Both the position numbers and the translations under genes were made by a program. Below, in pieces: positions 50,454-63,626 of a stretch of 64,000 bases of DNA. The notes under the pieces are model-generated. The model saw only the letters and a list, made by a program, of their open reading frames with translations. It ran no database searches and was not told where the DNA came from. How positions within the stretch are numbered: position 1 is the first letter of the stretch; every line of letters starts with the position of its first letter. Source of the DNA: Takakia lepidozioides. Lineage: Eukaryota; Plantae; Bryophyta. The stretch is taken from assembly GCA_030704615.1 (NCBI GenBank), contig CM060732.1:20894001-20958000 (forward strand), given 5' to 3'.

Positions 50454-51583
50454 CATTCCACATTCGGGAAGGAGAAAGTGGCAATTATATTACATTCATC
50501 TTCTTGCACCCTATTTTTTTGTGAGGAATTATACACTTGGTGGTGCCGCATCGCCATGGCTACATGTGAATTTCGTCCACCTTTATGAGAAGACTCCAAT
50601 TTGCTACAAATACATTGTTACTGTTCTGCAAATGTGATGCCTTTACAAGATTGCTAGTTCTGTGTCCCAGTGGGAAGGGTCCTACTGCACATTCCAGCAT
50701 TTGCATACTGCACCTTGTGCAAACAGCAATCCATACGACAAAGGACACGTCCCAGCATAATGGCAGTGAATTGCAAATAACATTAACAGAAGATTATCGA
50801 AGCCTGTATATTCCCCATATGGCACAGGGAAGCTGCTTGATTTCTGAATGAAAATGTATGTGCCATGAGTGTCAGCAAGTTGAAACATGTCTACTCTAGC
50901 ATGCAAGACCTATGGTCCCCTCGCCCAAGAAGAAGGAACTCGAACTGGCCTCTCAAGGACCTCCTCAGTGACCGGGTGCCTATATTTGAACAAAATGTCA
51001 GTGGTTTCTGTCGCCCGGTTGAAACTAACGAGGATGTCGTGTTTATCGATAGCGCCCCCTTGGTAGAAGGACATTTTCACAATGGGCCCTGTGTTCCCCT
51101 CCTCCTCATCCTCATAACTGAAGATAATGTCCCCACTTTCCGAGCCAGTCCGTCCACGCGTAAAGTTTTCACCTATGCACTCATCATACGTCCACTCGCA
51201 ACAATTCCAACGATACGGCAACGCTGTGCGTGATCTGTTCGGCTCCCACACATGCGGAAAGTCCAGGTCCATGATGCGTAGGAACCACCTGCTCCCCAGT
51301 CGGGGTCCAGGAGAATCGTGCAATCCTGGAAGAAACTCCATTGCTCTCAGCTGGACAAGTCAAGGATCGTCCCTGTAAACATCCAGGAAGACAATGATGT
51401 CGTCTGCTTTCGGGAAAATGACTTTCGTCTGGCGTCGATAGATGTGATTCGGGCACGACATGGCCTCACGACACATCACGAACTCAAAGCAGGGAGGAGA
51501 TGGGCACAACAGAGAAGAGTGAAGAGCAAAATGAGAGCAAGGCCTCCCTCACCGTAAGGCGGGTATTTGCTCTCCGACGCCCA

Positions 51584-52050
51584 ATTTCGGCGCCGTTATT
51601 ACATGGAGTGCGGAAGCTTCAGCCGAGAATTTTGTTTCCGCAGGTCAATTTCGGCGCCGTTATTGGTTGCAATCCCCAGCCTTCAGCCGGGTATTTGGTT
51701 TCCGGACCCAATTTCGGCGCCGTTATCGGCTGCACTCCGGTGGCTTCAGCCGAGTATTTGGTTTCCGGGGCCCATTTCGGCGCCGTTATCGCCTGCACTC
51801 CGGAGGATGCAGCCGGGTATTTGGTTGGCAGAGCCCAATTACTTTCACCGTTGTTGGCTTCACTCCCGAGCCTTCAGCGCGCTATTTCTTTTCCTGTGCC
51901 CAATTACGGCGTCGTTATACCCAACCATCCTGCACTTCTGCAATAGTACTATCCACGGTTATAGGTCGCCATTGCGTTTTCGGAGTCTGCAAACCCGGAT
52001 CCTAATTCCGCTTGCGTCTCTGCCTCTGGGATAATTTCGGTGCCGTTATT
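51584..52050. repeat. right subterminal ~63-bp tandem units, each containing ATTTCGGCGCCGTTAT
   Basis: Copies at ~51584, 51648, 51711, 51774, 51903 and 52034. Confidence 0.9.
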
Positions 52051-53814
52051 GCCCAGAATTCTGTTATTCTATGACCTGGCCTGGCGGTCCATGAGCCTGG
52101 GCTCCAAGTCATGAGCGTACACTGGTACTCATGAGCGGAGTGCTTCCAGCATGAGCGCGGAAATCTTCGATTTTTGATTATTTTATAGTTTTTGGCCCGA
52201 AAAAAATCTGCCGAAATTCGAAGTGTGTTACTTTGCGGCTCATGGGTTAGCCATGCCCGCTCATGAGCTCATGAGCTCACCGCTCATGAGCTCATGGAAT
52301 AGCAACCCCCTTCAGACATGCAGCATTTATCCACCCACATATATTAACTTGGCCAACAGTAGCTCACGACAGCCTTCAACAATTCTGTCAGGTACCTACA
52401 CTGGCTATGGGATACACAGGGTACAGAGGTCTTTCTACTAGGCCTTTATCATTGTGTTGTTACTACTGTAGTTTGTTGACAAGTCACAAGAAGACCCCTC
52501 TTCTTTGTTTCGTTCTTGCAGAGATTATACAAAATGCAGCCTCCTTTTCTTTGGGATCATACAATGACATTGTGCAGCTCAGGAAAGAGAGTGTTTGTTA
52601 GGAAAGAGGCTCGGGACAGCTCGAGTTAAGTTATAAACAGTGTGATCTAATTTAGCATCCAACAATGCCCTAGTGGTTAGGGCATAATCTCACCATGTAA
52701 CAAGTGGTGGTGGATTCAAAGCCACAAACTGTACATACTTCTACATTGGAACAAGTAAAAGCACCTAGTCACAATGCCACAACAACAGAGAACAAAAAAA
52801 CCTACATGAAACAGAAGATCTACCATGGCGAGCTACTCTAACTACAATTCCATACAGATCCCACCCATCGAAGAATCTTGAACAAATCTCGTGAACCCAC
52901 AAAACCCAATGAAGAGACTCGTTCAAACCCCGGCCTTCCTCTTTAGGTAGAATACGTCTTGAGGTCATGTCATGAGGATTCCACACTCCCTGGATTCACC
53001 GCCCGCCAGGAAGCATAAAACTGAGCAACTGTTAAAGCGGTGGGCTCGCATGCGATAACTTTTGGATAGTGAGAAAGTTGCGGTGGAAGGTGGGCAGGAT
53101 GGTGATAAGTCGTAACCGGAATAGAGATCATAAGTGAGAGTGATGTCGAGAAAGCACAATACATGTATGTGGATGTTCAGCGCGTATAATCAAGTCTATC
53201 ACAGTCTCTGCTCACATGGCAGATCACTGTATCACAGACTTGGTATCAAGTTGTTCAACGCTTGGCATTTCAGGGGCCGTACCCACAAACGCAAAGTTTC
53301 GCTGATGTGGTGCACTCTCATTAGTTTAGAGCTGGAGCTCAGATGACGTGTCGCACCTCCATTTGCCGGTTATGTCTCCGCTGGGAGCAGGCGAATATAG
53401 GAAGTTGCGCTGGAAGGCTGCAGCGAGGGTGACTACTGCAGCGTGGGGTTACTACCAGTTGAGAGTGTAAGTGAATGGGAAACTCCGTGCGGACAAGATG
53501 TAGCCGTCGGGAGACTGACCACTGCAGTTTCTCGAGCAGCTGAATGGTGGTACTGGATACGTTGATGTGTATATAGTGCTCAAGGTACTAGCTGTGTGAG
53601 TGTGGAATATTAAACCCAGTGCACGCATCGTAGATTCTCAAGGCTTTCCAAGAAATTTGCTCTCCGGGGAGCTGTGGTGTGTAGACCTGTAAGAACTGAA
53701 GTTGAGATCTTGAGCTGCAGCGTTGTTTGGGTTTGAAGAGCTGATCTGCAAACTGCCTGTGTCTCCCAACTATAGCACTACTTCGAACAGCCAGTTCAAA
53801 TCAGAGTGACTGCG

Positions 53815-56800
53815 ATGGGGGCTATAGAAAATAATTACGCCCAATCAGATGGATTTAGCAAAGTCAGGAAACCAGCTGTACGGGAGCTCATGACAAGCGA
53901 CCACCATGTGGAGCTACGTGCAAATGGCTCTCTTCCAATGAAAATGGCACCTGCATTTGAATTGGACCTGCAAGCATTAAAGGAGGCCCAGAGCTTTGTG
54001 ATGCCATCCAGAAGGGCGTGGAATGATCCTTCAACAGAATACTTCGATCCTGAAGAATTCCTAGAGGAGCTTACAAAGGACGTAAGATTGATCCAGAGAG
54101 AGAAACTGCGAGAAATTCTCGCTCGCAATGCGGGTGTGGAGTATCTGCGACGCCACGGTCTAGATGGCCGCACTGACGTGGAAAGCTTCAAGAAGAACGT
54201 GCCAGTTGTGAGCTATGACGATCTGGAGACAGACATCCTTCGTTTGGTGAAGGGGGAGGCCAGTCACATCTTTTCCGTCGACCCAATATCCCACTTTGCT
54301 CTCAGGCAAAATCTCTCTCTCAAGTTCCTTTCTTTCTTTCCTTCCCTCTGTCCCTCTGTCTCTATGTCTAGAGAGTTTAGATTCAGTGGCGCATAGAAGT
54401 TTTTTGTGCACGAACTTGTCCAATCGATCTGCGGCTCCATTACTTACATATCCACGTACACCAAAAGGAAGCGCGAAAATATTCAAATTATGTACTTCTA
54501 TCTATATACATTGGAGTATTGGCATGCATTCATAATCTTTTCTAGTTTCAGCCTGGCCACAGATGCAGATCCTGTTCTACAAATATTCCTCGAGGACAGT
54601 CGTTACGATCTTTAACCTCCCTCTCTCAGTCCGTCTTATAGTTTGTTCTTTTGATTTGCGAAACTGCAGCTCAGGAACCACGGCTGGGAAATCAAAATAT
54701 ATTCCAACGAACTTGTCCAAAGCGTTTGGAAACTGGCCTTTCCGTGAAGCATTGGAAGCTTCACTGCACAAAAGGTCTGTACATATATATATATCTCGTG
54801 TTTCTCTCCGTGCATAACATCGATTCCAGGTGCTGGTACGTTCACCTCAGGTTTCAAAACGGAGTTGAGTCCTGAGAATTAGAACCTTTTGGTTGGTCTA
54901 ATAATTACTGTCGATTCAGCGCCTAAGAGAGACTGAGATAACATTGATCAATCTACACCAGTTTACATCGCTTTCAGAGTGTCTAATGTTGCTCTAGATA
55001 AGCAATATACAACAGCTCAGTAGTCCTATTTAACGGTAAAGTTTGATGTAGTAGGCCTGTAGAATATTAAACTTATGCCTTCTGTGGTTTGATCATTTCA
55101 ACAGGGAATTTGAAACATTGAAGTTGAAGCCAGGCAAGTCATTCCAGATGTATTTCCCAGGAAAGCAGATTGACACCCCAAGCGGAATCAAGGCTGGAGC
55201 AATGTCTACCAATTATATGAAGAGTCCAGTGTACAGAGCGCAGACATATGACGTGCTAAACGATATATATGTGGTCCCACTTGAAGTGGTGCTTTGTAGC
55301 GACAGTAGCCAGGCCATGTACTGCCAACTCCTCTGTGCCCTCTCTCAGGCACAAGAAATAACCAGACTGGAGGCGCTTTTTGCCTTTACAGTCGTTAGTG
55401 TGGTGAGAGCTCTTCAAGAATACTGGCCCGAAATTTGCGAGGACATAAGAACTGGGACCCTCAACAAGAAGATCACTGATCCTGCTGTCAGAGACGCTGT
55501 GGGAAAGATACTGAAGCCAAATCCGGTCCTGGCAAGCATGATTGAGAAGGAGTGCTTGGTGGATGACTGGGAGGCTATCATCCCCCGCCTCTGGAGAAAT
55601 GTTTGCTACATTTCGTGTATATTCACTGGAAGTATGCAGCAGTATGTGCCGGCATTGAAGCACTTTGCTGGCCCGAATGTCCATTTGATATCTACACTCT
55701 ACACGGCCTGCGAATGCACCTTCATTGGTATGAATATCAATATGAGTTGCGCACCCGAAGATACCTCTTATTTGGTATGGCCAGAGGAGGCCTTCTTCGA
55801 GTTCATTGCATTGAATTCCGACGGCAACGCCTTGGAATCACAAATTCCGGTTGAGCTGGCTGATGTGGTGCTTGGGCACGAGTATGAGTTGGTCGTCACG
55901 AATGGCACAAGTGGGTCCCTTTCTGTTTCGCGCGGGGCACATGTACACACGGACTGTCTAGATAGTCTATGCGTGTGCTTTCGTACTATTCTGATCTTCC
56001 TTGTGCGAGCCTAGTGCTTTTGTATGCCGAGATTAAGATTTTCATATTTGCGCCGAGCTAATCACGGGAAGATTTGTGTTGATGTGGCTTCGTGCACGTC
56101 CTGAACCAGTCCTGAGAGAAGACAGGAGTTGTGCTCGAAATTTTGCAGGCCTCTGCGCAATTTGTTTGAACAGAGGTGTCAGAATGCACTGTTTGTGCGT
56201 GCACATTAATTGGGCTTGCAAGTGAATCACATGTTTACAGTTACTGATGTCCACGGTTCCTGAAGAGACTACTGCAACTGTAGGATTAGCCAGAATCTAG
56301 ATTGTAATTTGTACTAATGTGTCTGATTGTCATTTTGAGGTCTTTGCTAAAGTCTGTGCGCATGGTGGGTTGAATTTTCCAGGTCTATATCGCTACCGTC
56401 TTGGGGATGTTGTGAGGGTCAAGAGCTTCAGAAACACAGCACCAATCTTGGAATTCATCCGCAGAAAGAATGTCCTTCTCAGCATCAACACTGACAAAAC
56501 CGATGAACAAGAGCTTCAAATAATTGTCAGCAAGGCGACCCAACACTTCGCTGGAACATCATTAAAGCTGACCGACTTCACTAGCCACGCAGACATCACC
56601 TCTGTTCCCGGCCACTACGTTATCTTCTGGGAACTGAACAGTAGCAGGTATGTTGCAGCATTTAACTGATCTGAGGCTGTTCTCTTTGCAGCTCTGCAAC
56701 CTTGAACACATAACTTGAGCTATCAGGTCAAAGATTTATGGATCATTGTTAAACTCAATCTAAAACCGTTATTCATTCCATGCATCTTGAGCAGCTCGGG

Positions 56801-57146
56801 GGTTTCTTACTCTTTGATTATATCCTTTGTGCACAGTGACGACAGGAGTTTGGATCACGAAGTCTTACAGAAATGTACCAATACCCTTGATGTTTCCTTG
56901 AATTACCCCTACCGAAGAGCGAGAGCGGGAGACACGATTGCACCTTTGGAGCTCCGTGTTGTCGAGAGTGGCACATTCAACAAGTTAATGGATATGGCGA
57001 TCAGCAGAGGAACTGCCCCCTCACAGTACAAGCCCCCTCGATGTGTGAGCGCACCTCATATTATGGAGATATTGAACGCTGCAGTGGTTGCCAAATTCCA
57101 TAGCCTAGATACACCCTCTGCTTTGCCTCCCAGTGCGCCTGCGTGA
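53815..57146 (+). CDS. GH3: GH3 acyl-acid amido synthetase (copy 3); exons 53815-54305, 54670-54774, 55105-55910, 56383-56647, 56837-57146
   Basis: SSGTTAGKSKYIP, YTACEC and YRYRLGD motifs; open frame across all five exons; GC donor at intron 1. Confidence 0.92.
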
Positions 57147-58064
57147 GATCTTGTTTTCAAATTTTCAGACTTCGCAATATGAACCCCCTGGATTCGTATC
57201 CCCATCCCGGGAATACTGCATGCAGCAATTGCATGAGGTTGAAACACTCGTGTCCAAATCCAAAATCCACTAGTGTACATATGAAATGATGTGTGTGCAC
57301 AGCAAACATCTGCATCAGGATTCATATTCTGTGTTATTCCATTGCAGCATCAGACCACAATGTTCATATTTACTAAACTCCCTCCTCTCATAAAAAGCTG
57401 GACATAAGCTGATCATCCTCCTTGTGACTTCTACTTTCTGATCGTTACATAAGCTCTAACCCCACCTGCCAACCCCCAGACCTCTCTTGTGAACTTTGTG
57501 GTCTTAGCCTCTACACTACCCTCTTTCCCTTTCCTTTCCCTTCCCTTCCTTCCAGATGCTTGTTTAGCTTAGCTAGCACATGCAGAGCATGTATTATCAC
57601 ATTTTAGACCGGCAGAAATATAGTCAAGTCACATTGAATATGCATGTGGGTGCCTCTCAACTTTCAACTACTAATACCACATGATATACATGTTATGTGC
57701 GGTGCTGCCAGACGACTGTGCCAGCATAAACCTAAGATATGCTTTCGATGCATGTCAAATAGACTACATTGGTTTAGTTGAGAAAATAATACCCCGCACA
57801 GCACCAGTGTCCCCACAATGTTAGTCTAAAAGGGATTGAATGTTCTCCAATTTTACATGAATAGTTCCATATAAAGTGACAGTCTAACGTGCCACAGCAG
57901 CTGCCCAGGGAAAGAGAGTGCCAAACTGTATTCCTTTAGCTTTTCCATGTCATAAATCCTACACTTGAGGAGGGGGAAAAAACATCTGTACCAAAACTAA
58001 TAGACTGGACCCAATAGGATAGAAATGTGCATCACATTCGAAACTATCATGTACACCCAATTTG

Positions 58065-59875
58065 CTAGAAGACAACAGTGTCAAGCATGGTGCCAAGGGT
58101 CTGCACAATATTGGAGGACATAAGGTTGGAAACATGTTCTTCCAAATGCTTCTTAGCATCTTGCCGGCCGACGTTGGCTATGGCTAGTTTCTCTGGAGAT
58201 AGCTGGTCTTCCTCCTGCACAGCCTTGTTATACTTGATTGCCAAGTCAAGCATTTCCTGTAAAGCACAAATATCCACCATCTGGGATTATTTAAAAGAAA
58301 GATTGGAAAAATAAGCACTCAGATGTAGACCCCTGGCAATTTTCCACACCACTCCAAATCTGGAAGACAGAAAAACAAACTGGAAACCTACCTGCACTGT
58401 GGTCTCATTGGTTTTTCCATGGTTGTCGAAGCGTTGGAGGGTCAACCCATCTGTCCACTTCTTCTTGTGAAGATTCAGCAGCATCTTTTCTTCGAGCTCA
58501 TTCTTCCGATAGTTGATTCCAATAGAGTAATAGTGCCGATTCAATCCATGTATCAATGCCTGCAAGAAATCCATGAAAACACCTCCTAGTGTCATTTATG
58601 GTTCTTGTTCAAGGAGTGCAAAAGCAGAAGGGCAGAGTCTTCACACAAGGTTTAATTCGACAACTCTTCACGATTTACAAATGGAGCAAACAAAGGCCCT
58701 GCTCTAAAAAGACCTAAAGAGTGGCCAGCTGCAGTGCTCAACCTGAATAGAAGGCTTGTTGAGGTGGCCCAGGTTGGAGGTGGTCTGGCGCGGTTCCTGC
58801 CCCAGCATCATTGTCTGTGGATTGATGAGCCTGAAGGCATCTATTACCACTTTACCCTTCACACTCTGGATTGGATCGACCACCACCGCAACTGCCCGTT
58901 GATTCAATGCCTCAAAACTCTGTATACATGATAAGACTCTGGGTCAGAGGGAATGTAGATCCCAAGAAAAATGGTGCACATTGGCAAGGTAAGACAGCTC
59001 TGGCAAGCTGCTTGCCTCGAATGGTGCTGGCCTTCTGCTTCAGCTTGGATATTTCTCATAGCATTGTGATGAGCATAAGTTGCACTCCTAGAGCTGGATG
59101 CAGCAATCTGAATGCTACATACTCTTGAGCCGTCCCTCAGGCACACAAAATCACTGGTGGAGGAGCACAAAAATCAACCTCCAACTACTGCAAATCCGTC
59201 AAAACCCGCATGTCCGAGGAATTGTGGTGGAATGGATCACCCCGTTTACCTGTTGCGTATTGATGTCGACACCTGATAACCAGCAGCCGAAGCCTGGATG
59301 CGAATGGTACCAGCCCACCACCATCTCCGGCCTGTGACAACGAGAGCAAGCAAACAGCATATCAACCCGGAGAATTTTGCGGGGTTTCTATCTACCAGAG
59401 ACAGACAGACAGACAGACAAAGGCGGCTCTACCTGCCAGTTTGCTTGAGCATATCAAGCATCTTCGTTTGGAACACATGATCAACTGCTTCCACACTTAC
59501 ACCTGTGCCACTCTGGGGCATAGCAAACACGTCCACCACTCGTACTGTGTAGTCGTCCACAAACTCACCCAACATGAGCCCCATCACCTCCATCGGCACT
59601 CCTGCCCTCCCTGCAATCATAATTACTCGGCAAGTCAGCATGGCAGATAAACCACCGAACTGTCGGAGCCACATGTCTCTCCTATCAGCACTGAATTCCC
59701 TCTCACTGGATTCTCTTTGGAGGGTGGAAGAGATACCATGCTTGAGCATTTTTAGCAGCGCCAGAGACGATATGTAGACCTGTTCAGACGAATCCACCAA
59801 CGGCGAGTCCGAATGCGGACCACCCCCACCGCCTCCACCTACTCCAGAGAATATCCTGTGCAACCTCGAGTCCAT
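58065..59875 (-). CDS. RPN11: 26S proteasome lid deubiquitinase RPN11/PSMD14; exons 59875-59737, 59610-59433, 59331-59250, 58919-58743, 58559-58392, 58256-58065
   Basis: [35 protein letters not shown] motif [51 protein letters not shown]; canonical GT-AG introns. Confidence 0.97.
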
Positions 59876-60524
59876 CTTCAACTCTTGCAAGCACCCAACT
59901 CGGAAGAGAAGCAAAACAAACGAGACAAACTCAAGCGAGGAATCAGAGCGACCACCAGGGCTAGGCCTGTTTAGAACCTAACCCTAAACTGGAAGACTTT
60001 TGACTGAGGTCACGAAAGTGTCACGTCTGTTGTGACTACTCTACGCCTTCGGTGATTGTGGACTGTTCAACTGTCTGGGCTCTCAATTGCCAACTACTAC
60101 ATCTCTGCCATTTACATACTTACTCCTAATACCCATTTTAGGGAAGAAGCAAAGGAGGCACTTTGGCAGATGTATCCCAGTCCTCACTTCAACGAAGAAA
60201 AAGAAAGTATGTTTGCCTTTCTGAAGTAGTTCGATGTTGATAACTGGAGTATCACAAGTAGAATAGCTCAGTGATATGGACATATGGACCTAGAGAGGTG
60301 CATCGCATGTGCATCCATTAGTGTAAGTCACTATAGGTATTGTAATGCTGTTGTGAGGTACTGTTGGTTAAATTACAGCTAAGTTACAGATGCGGGTGGC
60401 TAAAATCCTGCATGTCTGAGCTGTGCTCCTGGATGCAAATGATGAAGAGAGCACTAGACTATCATCTGCATGCATTAGCTAAACAAAGTGGGGCGCCTTC
60501 AATCAGATAATGGAGCAGGAACAT

Positions 60525-60635
60525 GAGGTCGCGAGATTGATCCAGAGAGAGAAGCTGCTAGAAATTCTTGCCCACCAATGCGAGCATCGATTATTTGCAA
60601 CGTCACAGTCTGGATGCCCTCGTCGACGTGGACAA
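60525..60635 (+). pseudogene. GH3: degenerate GH3 exon-1 fragment
   Basis: AGATTGATCCAGAGAGAGAAGCTGCTAGAAATTCT...CTGGATG...GACGTGGA aligns with 54085-54182. Confidence 0.7.
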
Positions 60636-61027
60636 ATACGCACTTGTCGAGGTAAGCACGACATTCCTTCTTGATGAGGCTTGAAAGCACTACGCATGCT
60701 ATAACCCTTCACAGGTTTTCCACTGAAAACTTGACTACACAGCAATTCCCATAAGGGGCGAGGCAGAGGGCAGCAAGTTAGGGAGGTACATCCCATTTCC
60801 ATCCACTGTGGCAGTTTGTACAATTCAGACCCATTCAGTCAAGGGACTATGAGCAATGCAGTGGCAAATGCCAGCTCCTTTAATTTGCTGGAGATCGATT
60901 CAACAGACCAATGTCAGCGCAATAACCGGACATATCCTTCTGGTTCATGGGGAATTACATTTCGGATCACAAAGATTTGCACCATCACCCAATCAGTCGA
61001 TCAATCTCATTTTTTGCTAATGAAACC

Positions 61028-63626
61028 CTACTTCAGAGCTTCGTATGGTGCACTGGGTGGCAACGCAGACGGTTTTTCTAGGCTATGAAACGTGGCAATG
61101 ACTGCAGCATCCAATATTTCGGCAACTTGAGGCGAGTTCACGCATCGAGGGGGCTTATACTGGGATGGGGCTGCTCCTCTGCTCACAGCCCAAGCCATCA
61201 TCTTCTGAAACGTGCCCTCCTCCACAATACGCAGCTCTAAAGGGTCAATCAAGTTTCCCGCTCTTGCTCTTCGGTACTCGTAGTTCAAAGAAGCATCAAG
61301 TATGTCAGCACATTCTTGCAATACAGTACAATCCAAATCCCTGATGTCACCATGCAGATTACAAGCTTCAGTGAGAATGTGCCAACCAGCATCAGCCTTG
61401 ATTTTCCAATCTTCCTTTCTCTAATGGGTTTTAATGGATCTCCACATAGAGGACAAAATCAGCTAACACCTTGGTAGTGGCACCAATGACAGGGATTGCA
61501 ACGGCCACACTAGGGTGATCCTACACCAGTGCCAACAGTTGTTGTCATGAATATCATGTACTCATGAACATGCACATTTACCCTGTCTGCAAAGGTTCAT
61601 TGATCAACAAACAAGTGATCACCTATTACATGGGGGGGCTAAACAAGGGGGACCGGTCAATTCCCAGACCAGTGTCGCAAGTTTGCACTCGCTGGTAGCA
61701 GGAAGCATAAGAAACTCGGAATTTTCTGGTGTCTCAAGAGAACAGTACCCAAGCATGGTGAAGCTGGGGTGTACGTGTGTACTCCAGAGTAAGGGATGAT
61801 CTATACACACGGAGTACAGCCTGGCTCCATCTCACAGAGGGGTTGCCTGAAAACCAAGCTCCTGACTGTAATGACATTGAAATGTTGGTCGATGGTCATA
61901 GACACAGCTTTGATTGCTCAAGCATTGCCAGTGTATGTGGTCCAGTCTAGCCTTTAAATGTAGAGCATATCCAACATTTTCACAACACTTTACAGTGCAT
62001 GTAAAAGGTCAGATGTCCAATGAGTGGCAGGGAGGACTCCAGAGGAGGGGAGTCAGAGACTGGGTAAGAGTTATCCGTGATATACCTGCTGCTTACCATC
62101 TCCCAGAAAACTACGTAGTGCCCTGGCAAGGAGGTCATATCTGCCTGGCTGCTGAAATCTGCCAGCTCCATGGTTGTTCTGGTGAGGTGTTCAGTTGCCT
62201 TGGTAACAACCATTTGCAATTCTTCTTCATCAGTTTTGTCACAATTGATGCTGAGAATCACATTCTTTCTGCAGACGAATTCAAAGATTGGTGCTGTGTT
62301 TTTGAAGCCTTTCACCCTAAGAACATCCCCAAGTTTGTACCGATACAGACCTGGGCAGGCCACCAAGCATCCAGACAGGGTCAAGTAAGCAGCGTTCCTC
62401 ATACTAAAAGATTCAAATCGCAGCAACTATGAGAAGAGGACTCTGAGAAGAGGACTCGCCCAGATATCATACACAACGCTCAATGGTCTTCCTTTCTCTT
62501 TGATGACACATATGGACAAGATGCGCATCATTTGGGGACTACAACAATCTCACTGGCACTTGCCTACCTTGAGGAGTGATGAGGTTTGGGTATCGTACTT
62601 TGAAATTTTAGTCTTGGCTGAACTGTCAATCTTATGTTCTCCAGGCATGAACCCATATCCACCAATAACTGCAGTTAACATACCCTAGATAAATATATTC
62701 CACCTTTCCCAATCAACTAACGCAAAACTCTCCTGGCCCCTCCTGCCTGTCGGTTTCATTTAAGTAATCCTACATATGTATCTGTGCACCAACACAAAGG
62801 AGACAACATACCACTGAAATTTGTGACAACCAACTCGTACTCTTGCCCAAGCACAACATCGACCAAGTCGACTGTTTGTGGAGGTTCCTCTCTGGATTCA
62901 GTTGTAGATGGTCCGTATGAATTGGTATCTTGATTCAATGGAATGAACTCAAAGTATGCTGACTCTGGCCATATCAAATACGATATAGCTTCAGGTGGGC
63001 AAGTGGGATCAATATTGACACCAACCAAGTTGCATTCACAGGACGCATATATAGGAGAAATCAAAGGGATCTTCCCAGCAAAGTGTTTCAGGGCCGGCAC
63101 GTACTGCTGCATTGTTCCGCTCAACACACATGAAACATAGGAAACATTCTTCCAGAGCCGGGGGATGATGCCCTCCCAGTTATCCAGTGAGCACTCTCTC
63201 TCTATCATGCTTGCCAGCTCCGGGTTCGGCTTCAGTATTTGCCCCACAGCGTTTCTGACAGCAGGATCAGTGATCTTGGTATTCAGTGTCCCAGTTCTTA
63301 TGTCATGACATATCTGGGGCCAGCAGTTCTGGAGAAACCTCAGAGCAGCAACAACTGTTGCCGCAAATAGCCCCTGCAATTTGACGATTTCCAGTGCCTG
63401 TGAAAGGCCGCAGAGGAGATGGCAGTACATGCCCTGGTTAGTGTCATCACAGAGCACTACTTCGTCTGGGCTCACTTCCAATTTTCTCCGGTCACCCTGC
63501 CTGTACTTTCCACTGCGGAAAAGATTGCTTGTAAAAGCCCCAGCTTTGATTCCACTTGGAGTGTCAATCAGCTTTCCTGCAAAATTCAGACTTAATTCCT
63601 TGCCCTCCTTCCAGATTCCAGATTCT
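61028..63626 (-). CDS. GH3: GH3 acyl-acid amido synthetase (copy 4, more divergent); last three exons 63626-62812, 62350-62086, 61340-61028; 5' exons outside the window
   Basis: TPSGIKAG, YASCEC, LYRYKLGD, PGHYVVFWE, QYKPPRC; GT-AG junctions at the same phases as the paralogs. Confidence 0.9.

Larger units (their letters stand above)
38956..52310. mobile_element. 13.4-kb Mutator-like (MULE) DNA transposon carrying a transposase and a ParB-methyltransferase gene
   Basis: 9-bp TSD TTCAGACAT (38947-38955 / 52311-52319). Imperfect TIRs GAGGTTTACTATTTCATGAGC / GCTCATGGAATAGCAACCCCC with CATGAG repeats. The empty site is visible in the paralogous flank at 4770-4860. Confidence 0.92.

Noticed and set aside
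50460-51560. Third gene in the MULE (minus-strand ORFs 50910-51456)
   Set aside because: Coding-like but fragmented with no recognisable motif; cannot be supported without a family consensus.
59396-59419. (GACA)n microsatellite in an RPN11 intron
   Set aside because: Ordinary short simple repeat.
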